Counted from the first letter of the stretch, positions 51,135-60,197 are shown. The stretch is DNA of 64,000 nt from Candidatus Faecalibacterium intestinavium (GCA_018883885.1 JAHLFH010000012.1:45064-109063); one strand, 5' to 3'. A program made the numbers and translations. Notes: generated from the sequence alone by a model not told the origin.

Positions 51135-52406
51135 ATGTCCATTTATCTGAACGAAAAGAACCCCTCCCAGCACAAGCCTTTTCGGGATGCTTCGCCCGAT
51201 ATCGTGGAGTATGTGCGGTATCTGGAAGTCATTGCGGGCAAAAGCGCCAACACAGCGTTTAATTATTATTGCGACCTGCGCAGCTTCAGCCGGTTTATGA
51301 AACAGCGCCGCGGCCTTGTGCCGGAGGACGAGCCCTTTCAGCAGATCGACCCCAAAGGTCTGGATACCGCCTTTTGGGGCAGCATCACGCGGGAGGATAT
51401 CTATGAATATCTCTATTTTTTAAACCAGACCTGCGGCAACAAAAAATCCTCCATGGCGCGGCGTCTGGCCAGCCTGCACGGATTTTATGATTATATGGTC
51501 AACCAGGTCAGCCGCCTGGAACAGGACCCAACTTCGGCGGTGCGCCCGCCCAAGCTGGACAAAGTTCTGCCAAAATATCTGACCGAGGATCAATCCATGG
51601 ATCTGCTGGAGAGTACGCGTTTTCACAGCGATTTTCCGGAGCGGGATTACTGCATGGTCGTTCTGTTTCTGAACTGCGGGATGCGTCTGGCGGAATTGGT
51701 GGGAATGAATCTGGAGGATATTGATCTCGCCCAAAGGCAGGTCCGTCTCTTTGGCAAGGGCCACAAGGAGCGGATGATTTATCTCAACGACGCCTGTGTA
51801 GAAGCGCTCCAGCGCTATCTGGAGAAGCGGGGAAGTCTGGAAGGGCTTTCCCCGAAAGAACGGGCGGTGTTTGTGACACGGCGGCGAAAAGAACGGATTT
51901 CTCACCGTCGGGTGGAGCAGCTGGTCACCGGCGCAATGAAAGCCGCCGGATTGAAAGGCTTTTCCACCCATAAGCTGCGCCATACTGCGGCCACGCTGAT
52001 GTACCAGACCGGCAATGTGGACATCCTGACCCTGAAACAGCTTCTGGGACACAGCAACGTTTCCACCACCCAAATTTACACCCACTTGCAGGAATTTCAG
52101 GTGCGTTCGGCCATTGAGGCAAATCCGCTGGGCGGGGTCAGCGCCAGGCGTACAGCCCTAAAAAAAGAGGACACGGAACAGGACAACTTGTATACAACGA
52201 TGCAGGAGGATTCGGAGCTGCATTTTGCTGCGGACCGTTCTACATCCGATCCTGTCAAGACAGCGTCGCTTGCCGAGGAGAACCTGACCGGAGATCAAAC
52301 CGACGGCCAGCCGATGGCCGCCCTGAACGGTGCTGCCAAAGAGGGATTCGGATTGGATTCTGAAACGCTGGACTCGAAAGCAGACAAAGAACTCCAAGGC
52401 AGCTGA
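51135..52406 (+). CDS. Xer-type tyrosine recombinase with acidic C-terminal extension
   Basis: RRLASL, LPKYL, GMRLAE (R), GKGHKER (K), HKLRH, LLGH, TTQIYTH (Y). Confidence 0.92.
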   Translation: MSIYLNEKNPSQHKPFRDASPDIVEYVRYLEVIAGKSANTAFNYYCDLRSFSRFMKQRRGLVPEDEPFQQIDPKGLDTAFWGSITREDIYEYLYFLNQTCGNKKSSMARRLASLHGFYDYMVNQVSRLEQDPTSAVRPPKLDKVLPKYLTEDQSMDLLESTRFHSDFPERDYCMVVLFLNCGMRLAELVGMNLEDIDLAQRQVRLFGKGHKERMIYLNDACVEALQRYLEKRGSLEGLSPKERAVFVTRRRKERISHRRVEQLVTGAMKAAGLKGFSTHKLRHTAATLMYQTGNVDILTLKQLLGHSNVSTTQIYTHLQEFQVRSAIEANPLGGVSARRTALKKEDTEQDNLYTTMQEDSELHFAADRSTSDPVKTASLAEENLTGDQTDGQPMAALNGAAKEGFGLDSETLDSKADKELQGS

Positions 52407-52439
52407 ACCAGACTGCATAAATCATACATGATGCAAAGC

Positions 52440-52469
52440 AACAGCCGGACAAACCATCCGGCTGTTTTT
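52440..52469 (+). terminator. Terminator of the xer gene
   Basis: AACAGCCGGA/TCCGGCTGTT plus T run. Confidence 0.8.
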
Positions 52470-52542
52470 GGCGTCTGGAACGCAGCAGACTTCAAAAAGC
52501 AAAGCTCCACCACAGAAACAATCTGCCGCAAAAAGCTTCGGC

Positions 52543-52594
52543 GGCAAAGAAACGGTTCAGGCAAAGAAACGGTTCAGGCAAAGAAACGATTCAG
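52543..52594. repeat. 17-bp tandem repeat, three copies
   Basis: GGCAAAGAAACGGTTCA twice, then GGCAAAGAAACGATTCA. Confidence 0.95.
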
Positions 52595-52769
52595 ATATTT
52601 GCAAGAAAGACATTCCGGTTAACGGAAATTGTCACCAAACTCATTGCAAATTGAATGAAAATAACCCAAGGCAGGATCTACGGAAAATCAGCTGGTCGAA
52701 GCAGCCAAAAGGCCGCTGAAAGCCAAAAGGTGCCAAAATTTGAAAAAAGGGCCATTTTCTCTCCCCTCT

Positions 52770-52797
52770 ATTTCGCATAACGTACATTATACGAAAT
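52770..52797. other. dif: dif-like site-specific recombination site
   Basis: ATTTCGCATAA-CGTACA-TTATACGAAAT; 11-6-11 architecture; at the gene-strand switch; next to the xer gene. Confidence 0.8.
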
Positions 52798-52807
52798 ATA
52801 CCACTTG

Positions 52808-52841
52808 AAAAACAGAGGCCCCTCCTCCGGTTTGGCCTCTG
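52808..52841 (-). terminator. Terminator of the amidase gene
   Basis: CAGAGGCC/GGCCTCTG stem with A5 on the left (T5 on the minus strand). Confidence 0.7.
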
Positions 52842-52907
52842 AAATTTTCTGCTTCATGTCTATGTATGGGACTTGATTTTTGAAAGCCTCCATCCATCTG
52901 TATTCCC

Positions 52908-53762
52908 TCATCCTTCCAGAGGCGCAACGCCAAAATAGTTGCAGATGGCACGATAGTATGCCTGCGCTGCGCGTTCCACACCATCGGCATCGCCAAAGCG
53001 ATCCACATCGTCCGCATTCGTTACAAAACATTGCTCCACCAGGACAGCCGGGCACTCGGCTTCTTCCAGAATCGTAAATGTGCCTTCCTCCCGAATCTGA
53101 GTGTTATTGGCTTCTGCAAGGATTTTCTCGTTTTCTTCATTATAATAAAGATACCGGATGCCTCCCTGGCCGCGCAGGCTGTTCCCGGCCGCTTCCATCT
53201 CCGACGCCAGTTTTTGTGCAAACGTCAGGCTTTCCGTATGCCAGGTCCTTCCCGGAGTCACCGGATAGCATTCAAAGCCGGATGCCTCTGTGGAATTGGG
53301 GCTGGAGTTCCCGTGAATGGACAACAAAAGATCCGGATTCTGCCGGTTAGCATACTCTGCCCGTTCGATGGGCGCTGCGGTGCTGTCGTAGGATTCTCTT
53401 GTTTCCACGGGAATAAAGTTTTCATCATTTTCCAGCAGCCGAATCAGCGCCTGCGCTGTGGCTGCCGTCATATCCCGCTCCAGGATCACACCAACCGCCC
53501 CCGGGTCTGCCCCGCCGTGTCCTGCGTCTACTGCGATGGTATAAGGCGGTTCCGGTCTGGCCGCTTCGGCGGATTCTCCAGATGCTTTTATCGGCCATTC
53601 AAACGGCAGCCATACGGGCTTGAAAGCGAGAGTATACCCCGCCGCCGCAATAAGAATCAGCACTGCTGCCGCCGCAAGCGCCCGTCGAAGATAATGTACC
53701 TGCTTTTTCCGAGAGGAATGTTTATGTTGGGAGTGTCTTTTATGTCTGGATCTCGTGCTCAT
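52908..53762 (-). CDS. N-acetylmuramoyl-L-alanine amidase (Amidase_3), membrane-anchored
   Basis: VDAGHGGADPGA, E, LLSIHGN, PAVLVEQCF; basic N-terminus plus TM. Confidence 0.9.
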   Translation of the reverse strand: MSTRSRHKRHSQHKHSSRKKQVHYLRRALAAAAVLILIAAAGYTLAFKPVWLPFEWPIKASGESAEAARPEPPYTIAVDAGHGGADPGAVGVILERDMTAATAQALIRLLENDENFIPVETRESYDSTAAPIERAEYANRQNPDLLLSIHGNSSPNSTEASGFECYPVTPGRTWHTESLTFAQKLASEMEAAGNSLRGQGGIRYLYYNEENEKILAEANNTQIREEGTFTILEEAECPAVLVEQCFVTNADDVDRFGDADGVERAAQAYYRAICNYFGVAPLEG

Positions 53763-53872
53763 TTTAACAACCTTTTGTTTTATGCTCAGGTGAGTGGTTC
53801 GCCGTTTTATACTATATTATAATTATACTACGAGTTCGGGCGCCCGTACCCTGCGAGCCAGAACTTCCCTGC

Positions 53873-53914
53873 AAAAAACGCCCGCCAGCCATTCAGGCCG
53901 ACAGGGCGTTTTTT
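53873..53914. terminator. Terminator of mutS2
   Basis: AAAAAACGCCC...GGGCGTTTTTT. Confidence 0.8.
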
Positions 53915-53919
53915 ACGGA

Positions 53920-56334
53920 TCATTTCAGCTCAACCACAGTCACGCCGCTTTCTCCCTCACCGTAACGGCCAAGACGGAAGCTCTTGACCATCCGATGTCC
54001 GCGCAAATGCTTCTGGATGGCGTTGCGCAGGGCGCCGGTTCCATTTCCGTGAATCAGATAGACCGTGCTCTGCCCGTTCAGGATGGCACGGTCAATGAAA
54101 GCGTCTGCCTCATAAATGGCCTCGTCTACCGTCAGCCCAAGCAGATTGCACTCCATTTTTGCGGTGCGCTGCACCCGTTCCACCCGACCCTCTGTTGGGC
54201 CGCCCTTGCCTGTCTGGCGGGAGTACCGCTGCTGCGCTTTGGTGATGGGCTTGGTCTCGTTTTTGACCATCTTGTCCGGCTGCTTGAGACCACTCAGGGG
54301 AACTTTGGTCTTGATGATGCCGGCCCGAACCAGAACATCCCCGTTTTTGTCCGGCAGGGCCAGGACTGTGGCAATCTGGTTGAGTTCTGCAATGCAGACT
54401 TCCTGCCCGACCTGCACAGACTTGAGCGGAACGAATTCCTTCACCGGATTGTGTACGACGTCGGTGTTGGCAAAAAGCCGCTCGGTTTCCTTTTTGGCAA
54501 TCTCTCTGGCCCGCAGAGCACGCTGCTGGGCGGACATCTTTTCTTCCTTCTGGAGTCGCCGCAGCTCATCGGTCAGGGCAAACGCCTGGCTTTCCACCTG
54601 CTGAGCCAGCTGACGCGCTTTGGCGCGGGCGGCTTCCAGCTCGTTTTCGCCCTGCTGGATGAGTTCGTCCCGCTTTTTCTGCGCTGCCGCAAGCTGGCTG
54701 GCCGCCTCGCTGCGCATCCCTTCCAGCTCGTCCTGGCTGGCCTTGAGCTGCAATTTCAAATCGTCCAGCTGACCCAGAACTGCGTCCAGCCGTTTGTCGT
54801 CGGCGGACAGATGCTGCCGTGCCGCATCGATGATTTCAGACGGGATGCCAAGCTTTTCGCTGATGAGGAAGGCGTTGGATTTTCCCGGCACGCCGACGCT
54901 CAGTTTATAGGTAGGCCGGAGTGTTTCCAGATCAAACTCACAGCTGGCGTTGACAACGCCCGGCGTTTCCAGCGCGAAAACCTTCAGCTCTGCGTAATGG
55001 GTCGTCGCCATCAGCAATACACCCCGGCGGCGCAGCGCCTCAATGATCGAAACCGCCAGGGCAGCGCCTTCTGCGGGGTCGGTTCCCGCCCCCAGCTCGT
55101 CCAGCAGGACCAACGTGTCGGGCCGGGCCAGTTCCAGGATGCCGGTGATTTTTTTGATATGGCCTGAGAAGGTGGAAAGACTCTGCTCGATGCTCTGCTC
55201 GTCGCCGATGTCCACCAGGAATTCCTGAAAGACGCAGATCTCGCTTCTCTCGTCCGCCGGAATCAGAAAGCCGCATTGGGCCATGGCACAGAGAAGACCG
55301 GCGGTTTTCAGGGTGACGGTTTTGCCGCCGGTGTTGGGGCCGGTAATCATCAGAGAATCGTAGGTTTCGCCCAGCGCGATATCCACCGGAACGCATTTGG
55401 CAGGGTCGATCAGCGGGTGCCGCGCCCGAATCAGAGAAAAGGACGTCTCGTACCGGACGGCCGGTTTGAATGCCTTCATTTCCAGCGCCATCCGCGCTTT
55501 GGCAAGGAGAATGTCGATTTCCAGCATGGCCTGATAGCTGAACTGGAATTGCGGCTCGATGGCCGCCACCTGCGCGGTAAGCGCCGTCAGAATCCGTTCA
55601 ATCTCCTGCGCTTCCTGTGCGCGGTATTGAAGGATCTTGGCGTTGGCTTCCACGACGGCCTGCGGCTCAACAAACACCGTCGCGCCGGTGGAAGACACAT
55701 CGTGGATGATGCCGCTGAACTCGCCCCGGTACTCGCTTTTTACCGGGACAACATACCGCCCGTTTCGGATGGAAACGACGCTCTCCTGCAAATATTTTGA
55801 AGTGTCCAGGTTGTGAATCAGGCTCTCGAGCCGATCCCGGATGCTGTTTTCTGTGGCGCGGATCTTCCGGCGCAGATCGTTCAGGGTATGAGACGCCGTG
55901 TCGGCCATGGTGTCCGGGGCAAGAATGCAGGAAGAAATCTCTTTTTCAAGCCCAGGCTGAGGCGCAAGCGCATAGAACAAATCGTCTGTCGGCAGGGCTT
56001 CGTGGTCGGTGGAACCATACCAGGCCGTCAGATTCTGAAAGTTGCGCAGCGCGCCCGCAACCAAAAGCAGCTCCCCCATCGAGAGAACGCCGCCTTTGAC
56101 CGCCCGGGTGGCCAGCTGGCTGACCCCTTCCACGCCGCCGAAGCGGGGCGAACCATTTTTGATCAGCAGTGTGTTGATCGCGTCGGTCTGCTCGAGGGCA
56201 TATCGAACTTCGTCGGTGTCGCACTGCGGTTCGATCTCCAGAAGCTTGGCTTTCGCCTCCTTGCAGACGCAGCCCTCCGCCGCGCGGTGAATGATTTTAT
56301 CCAGTTCAAGAGTGTGTAAATAGCTGATTTCCAT
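53920..56334 (-). CDS. mutS2: MutS2 (Smr-domain ATPase)
   Basis: ITGPNTGGKT, IGDEQSIEQSLSTFS, LDELGAGTDP, C-terminal Smr IHGNGTG. Confidence 0.96.
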   Translation of the reverse strand: MEISYLHTLELDKIIHRAAEGCVCKEAKAKLLEIEPQCDTDEVRYALEQTDAINTLLIKNGSPRFGGVEGVSQLATRAVKGGVLSMGELLLVAGALRNFQNLTAWYGSTDHEALPTDDLFYALAPQPGLEKEISSCILAPDTMADTASHTLNDLRRKIRATENSIRDRLESLIHNLDTSKYLQESVVSIRNGRYVVPVKSEYRGEFSGIIHDVSSTGATVFVEPQAVVEANAKILQYRAQEAQEIERILTALTAQVAAIEPQFQFSYQAMLEIDILLAKARMALEMKAFKPAVRYETSFSLIRARHPLIDPAKCVPVDIALGETYDSLMITGPNTGGKTVTLKTAGLLCAMAQCGFLIPADERSEICVFQEFLVDIGDEQSIEQSLSTFSGHIKKITGILELARPDTLVLLDELGAGTDPAEGAALAVSIIEALRRRGVLLMATTHYAELKVFALETPGVVNASCEFDLETLRPTYKLSVGVPGKSNAFLISEKLGIPSEIIDAARQHLSADDKRLDAVLGQLDDLKLQLKASQDELEGMRSEAASQLAAAQKKRDELIQQGENELEAARAKARQLAQQVESQAFALTDELRRLQKEEKMSAQQRALRAREIAKKETERLFANTDVVHNPVKEFVPLKSVQVGQEVCIAELNQIATVLALPDKNGDVLVRAGIIKTKVPLSGLKQPDKMVKNETKPITKAQQRYSRQTGKGGPTEGRVERVQRTAKMECNLLGLTVDEAIYEADAFIDRAILNGQSTVYLIHGNGTGALRNAIQKHLRGHRMVKSFRLGRYGEGESGVTVVELK

Positions 56335-56379
56335 ACAACATTCCTTATGTGTAATTTGTGTGCCCGCTGACAAAGGCCG

Positions 56380-57126
56380 TCAGGGCAGAACAGACTTCAA
56401 AAAATCGTATGATTTGAGCGGTTTGTCCAGATGGGTCAAGGCATATCGCTCTGCCAAAGCAGCGAGTGTTTCCTGGCTTTCCGCCGAAATACGAAATCCG
56501 AAAATTCGCTTGTCGTCAACCAGGCAGACATGCCGCAGCGCAAACAGCGCCCCGGGGTCCAGATTGGGGCGTTTGCCTTCTGCCGCTCCACAGTTCCGGC
56601 ACAGAAGATATCCCTCCTGAATGTCCAGAAAAAAATCCGGACCATCGTAGGCGCCGCAGCGTGTACAGCAGAGCAGCTGCGGCATATATCCGCATTCGCT
56701 CATGGTGCGCAGCTCAAAAACGGCTTTGATGAGTTTCAGCTGGGCTTTTCCTTCGCTGATCATGTAAAGGCAGTTGAGCAAAAGCCGCAGTTCCTTTTCC
56801 GCCTCCTGACTGGTTGGAGACAGAGCCGCCGTCATCTCGGCCAAATACATGGCCAGACTCATTCCCTCAATGCTGGATGAAATTCCATGAAACATGTGAT
56901 GGTTTTCCGCATCCAGCACGGTGTACATGTTTTTCCCCGGCGCCAGGGTGAACTCGGAGTAGCAAAACAGCCCGCAGGCGCTGAAAAGTTTGCTTTTCAG
57001 CCGCAGGCTGCTCTTGGCTGAGGCAGAAATCACCCCCTGGCCGGGAGTCAAAATCGTAAGGATGCGGTCTGATTCTTTATAGCGGGTTTCCTTCAGAACC
57101 AGCCCCATGGTGACAAAGCTCTCCAT
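56380..57126 (-). CDS. recO: DNA repair protein RecO
   Basis: GLVLKE..YKESDRILTILT, CTRCG...CRNC zinc finger. Confidence 0.92.
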   Translation of the reverse strand: MESFVTMGLVLKETRYKESDRILTILTPGQGVISASAKSSLRLKSKLFSACGLFCYSEFTLAPGKNMYTVLDAENHHMFHGISSSIEGMSLAMYLAEMTAALSPTSQEAEKELRLLLNCLYMISEGKAQLKLIKAVFELRTMSECGYMPQLLCCTRCGAYDGPDFFLDIQEGYLLCRNCGAAEGKRPNLDPGALFALRHVCLVDDKRIFGFRISAESQETLAALAERYALTHLDKPLKSYDFLKSVLP

Positions 57127-57247
57127 TGTTTCTTTCCTCAACCGGGCCGGGCGGCAACGGCTCCGCCGCCTGTTTGTAGTCAAGATATCGGTCGATGCTG
57201 CCGGTAGCGGCAAACTGCTGCCACAAGGTTTCTGCGGTTGGACCCAT
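57077..57247 (-). CDS. yqzL: YqzL-family small protein (56 aa, absent from ORF track)
   Basis: MGPTAETLWQQFAATGSIDRYLDYKQ...; GAGG RBS; era-yqzL-recO order. Confidence 0.8.
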   Translation of the reverse strand: MGPTAETLWQQFAATGSIDRYLDYKQAAEPLPPGPVEERNNGELCHHGAGSEGNPL

Positions 57248-57341
57248 TGTTTCAGGACCTCGCTTCCATCAGATTCTTCCCAGGGATAGGGTTTCCTTTA
57301 TCCTACCGCATCATCCAAGGGAAATCTGTCCGGTTCTGCCG

Positions 57342-58277
57342 TCAGCGGCTGGAACGATCCTGCCGGAATCCGAAACTGTTCAGCAGATATTCATTGTCAC
57401 GCCAGTCGGCCTTCACCTTGACCCAGCACTGAAGGTTTACACGGCAGCCCAGAAATTCCTCGCAGTCCACCCGGGCCGCGCTGGCAATCTTTTTGAGCAT
57501 CGCGCCCCTTTTGCCGATGACCATGCCTTTGTGGCTTTCCCTCTCGCAGTAGATGTTGGCGTCAATGTCCACAAGGTCAGAGCCCGGGCGCTCTTTGAAG
57601 TGCTCGACCACCACGGCGATGCCGTGAGGAATTTCATCCCGCATAAAGAGCAGCGCTTTTTCCCGGATCAGCTCTGCCACCAGCTCCTTTTCGGGCATAT
57701 CGGTGTAGGCGTCGTCCTCAAAATAGTGAGGCCCTTCGACCGCGTATCGGCTCAGCACGTCAAACAGTTCGTCACAGTGCTTCTTGTCCTTTACGCTGAC
57801 CGTATAGACATCGTCGAACACCCCCAGCGTCTTGAGTTCCGCTTTGCGGGCCTCCAGGTCCTCCGACTCTTTGACGAGGTCTGTTTTGTTGATGACGGCA
57901 ATGGCCGGCCCGCTCCGTCGAAGCATTTCCACCAGCGCCAGCTCGGACTCGTTCAGCGCCCCATAGGGTTCGAACAGCATCATGGAGACGTCCACATCCC
58001 CCATGGAATCGCTGGCGGTTTTGTCCATCCGTTTGCCCAGCTTGTTCCGCGCCTTGTGAACGCCCGGAGTATCCAGCAGCACATACTGAACCGGCCCCCG
58101 GGTGACAACGCCGGTAATCCGGGTCCGGGTCGTCTGGGGCTTGGAGGTTACAATCGCGACCTTTTCTCCCACAAGCAGGTTGGTCAGGCTGGATTTTCCC
58201 ACATTGGGGCGGCCGATTACGGCCACAAAAACGGATGAGGTGCCCTCAGGCGACGGGCGTGTCACTGTATTGTTCAA
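57342..58277 (-). CDS. era: GTPase Era
   Basis: GRPNVGKS, KPQTTR, DTPG, NKTD, EIPH, KH domain. Confidence 0.97.
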   Translation of the reverse strand: MNNTVTRPSPEGTSSVFVAVIGRPNVGKSSLTNLLVGEKVAIVTSKPQTTRTRITGVVTRGPVQYVLLDTPGVHKARNKLGKRMDKTASDSMGDVDVSMMLFEPYGALNESELALVEMLRRSGPAIAVINKTDLVKESEDLEARKAELKTLGVFDDVYTVSVKDKKHCDELFDVLSRYAVEGPHYFEDDAYTDMPEKELVAELIREKALLFMRDEIPHGIAVVVEHFKERPGSDLVDIDANIYCERESHKGMVIGKRGAMLKKIASAARVDCEEFLGCRVNLQCWVKVKADWRDNEYLLNSFGFRQDRSSR

Positions 58278-58335
58278 AATCTGTTTCTCCTGTTTGATTT
58301 TCCGCGGGTCCGGCCCGCCGGGAGTAGATGTAACC

Positions 58336-58827
58336 TTATTCGGTATAGCTTACCGTGCGGGGCAGGCCCAGCTGGATCAGGACGGCCTCCTCTTTTTCCC
58401 GCATCCGAACAGCCTCCAAACCGCCGTTTTCGTGGTCGTAGCCCAGCAGATGGAGCATGGAATGCACCGTCAGAAAAGCCACTTCCCGCTGGAGAGGATG
58501 GCCATACAGCGTCGCCTGCTCCATGGCCCGTTCCATGCTGATGACAATATCTCCCAGCATCTTGCAGCCGTTGTTCGCGTCAATGTCATAATTTCCATTT
58601 TCCCCAAGAGGAAAACTGAGCACATCGGTTGGCATGGGTTTGTTGCGGTACTGGTTATTCAGCTCCGCAATCGCGGCATTGTCCACAAAGGTCACGCTGA
58701 TTTCCGCGGGGCCCTCGAAGTGCTCATACTCCAGCACAGCGTTGCAGGCCCGGCGGATAAGAATTCGGAGCCCGGACGGAATTTTAACCGCCTTTTGAGA
58801 ATCGGTGATTAAAACCTTGTTCGACAT
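58336..58827 (-). CDS. ybeY: rRNA maturation endoribonuclease YbeY
   Basis: PTDVLSFP, LGDIVIS, HSMLHLLGYDH. Confidence 0.97.
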   Translation of the reverse strand: MSNKVLITDSQKAVKIPSGLRILIRRACNAVLEYEHFEGPAEISVTFVDNAAIAELNNQYRNKPMPTDVLSFPLGENGNYDIDANNGCKMLGDIVISMERAMEQATLYGHPLQREVAFLTVHSMLHLLGYDHENGGLEAVRMREKEEAVLIQLGLPRTVSYTE

Positions 58828-58863
58828 CGTATGTCGCTCCTTTCTGATCGGCTTGTTTCAAAT

Positions 58864-59826
58864 TTATCGTTTGGCCGGATGCGCTGCGGTCTCATATGCC
58901 TTGATGATCTCCTGGACCAACCGGTGGCGCACCACATCTTTTTCCGTAAAGTAACACTGAGCGATTCCATTGATGCCCTTGAGCACCTGCAGCGCGTCCA
59001 CAAGGCCGCTGCGGGTACGATCAGGCAGATCGATCTGGGTAACGTCTCCCGTCACCACCACCCTGGAACCGACGCCCATCCGCGTCAAAAACATCTTCAT
59101 CTGTTCGGGAGTGGTATTCTGGGCCTCGTCCAGAATAATAAAGGAATCATCCAGCGTCCGCCCTCGCATATAAGCCAGCGGCGCAACCTCAATGATCTGC
59201 TTTTCCACCAGGCGCTCATACGCCTCCGCCCCCAGCATATCAAACAGACCGTCGTAGAGAGGGCGGAGATAGGGGTCCACCTTCTGCTGAAGATCGCCCG
59301 GCAGGAAGCCGAGCTTTTCCCCTGCCTCAACGGCGGGACGGGTCAGGACAATGCGGGAAACGTCCTTTGCCTTGAAAGCTTTGACCGCCATGGCGACAGC
59401 CAGATAGGTTTTGCCTGTGCCGGCCGGCCCCACGCCAAAGGTGATGGCGTGGCTCCGGATCTTTTGCAGGTATTCCTTCTGACCCAGCGTTTTGGGCCGG
59501 ACAGGACGGCCCTTGGCCGTCACGATCACAAAATCTTCTGTCAGCTCCCGAACCCGTTTTTCCTCGCCGTCGTGCGCAAGGCTCATGCAGTAACGGACCG
59601 TCTGGTCTTCCAGCGGGGTGCGGTTTTCCATCAGCAGAAGCATCCCATCCACCGCACGGGCTGCTGCCGCAACCGCCGCAGCCTCCCCCGAGAGACGCAG
59701 GGTCGTGCCCCGGCAGACTGCCGTAACTGCAAATTCCTTTTCCAGCAGGCGAATGTTGCAATCACAGTTCCCAAATACCGCAGCGGCAGCCTCCACGCTG
59801 TCCAGCTCTATGCATTTTTCGGCCAT
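58864..59826 (-). CDS. phoH: PhoH-family ATPase
   Basis: GPAGTGKT, RPAVEAGEKLGFLPG, YMRGRT, DEAQN, VVRH. Confidence 0.96.
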   Translation of the reverse strand: MAEKCIELDSVEAAAAVFGNCDCNIRLLEKEFAVTAVCRGTTLRLSGEAAAVAAAARAVDGMLLLMENRTPLEDQTVRYCMSLAHDGEEKRVRELTEDFVIVTAKGRPVRPKTLGQKEYLQKIRSHAITFGVGPAGTGKTYLAVAMAVKAFKAKDVSRIVLTRPAVEAGEKLGFLPGDLQQKVDPYLRPLYDGLFDMLGAEAYERLVEKQIIEVAPLAYMRGRTLDDSFIILDEAQNTTPEQMKMFLTRMGVGSRVVVTGDVTQIDLPDRTRSGLVDALQVLKGINGIAQCYFTEKDVVRHRLVQEIIKAYETAAHPAKR

Positions 59827-59859
59827 GCAGTTCCTCCGTACTGATTAAATTTCATCTTC

Positions 59860-59889
59860 ATTATACCCCATACTGCCATAAAGGGGCAA
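59860..59889 (-). promoter_or_regulatory. SigA promoter of the phoH-ybeY-era operon
   Basis: TTGCCC-N18-TATAAT on the minus strand. Confidence 0.6.
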
Positions 59890-60068
59890 GACTAAATTTC
59901 GGGAAGCGGACTTTTCTTTGCCAAAGCCCAGACCCATTTATACTGCTATTATATCACCAAAACTTTCTCGAGGAAACTATAAGATTTACACAAAATCCGT
60001 CAGATATTCCGGGCGCTTTTCCACGAAAGCCCGTTCCGCCGGGCGGAAACCGTCCGTCTCCCCGCCCC

Positions 60069-60097
60069 TTGACATTCCCTAAAATCTATGATAAAAT
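60069..60097 (+). promoter_or_regulatory. SigA promoter of tRNA-Thr
   Basis: TTGACA-N17-TAAAAT with TG extension. Confidence 0.85.
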
Positions 60098-60118
60098 ATT
60101 CCACGTTGCAAATCAAAT

Positions 60119-60194
60119 GCTGGAATAGCTCAGTTGGTAGAGCAGCTGATTCGTAATCAGCAGGTCGCGTGTTCAAGTCACGTTTCCAGCTCCA
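60119..60194 (+). tRNA. tRNA-Thr (anticodon CGT)
   Basis: Acceptor GCTGGAA/TTCCAGC, D arm GCTC/GAGC, anticodon stem CTGAT-TCGTA-ATCAG, GTTCAAG T loop, encoded CCA. Confidence 0.97.
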
Positions 60195-60197
60195 TCC

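Noticed and set aside
51135-52406. Recombinase as a prophage or ICE integrase
   Set aside because: No cargo, excisionase or att duplication; flanked by core genes; Xer-type motifs and a dif-like site fit better.
52543-52594. Mini CRISPR array
   Set aside because: Repeats are 17 bp, head to tail, with no spacers and no cas genes.
52770-52797. Laboratory loxP scar
   Set aside because: Lacks the outer ATAAC/GTTAT of loxP and has a different spacer; natural context beside a native recombinase.
52428-53077. Short ORFs in the xer-amidase spacer
   Set aside because: They cross terminators, the tandem repeat or dif, and lack an RBS or recognisable motifs.
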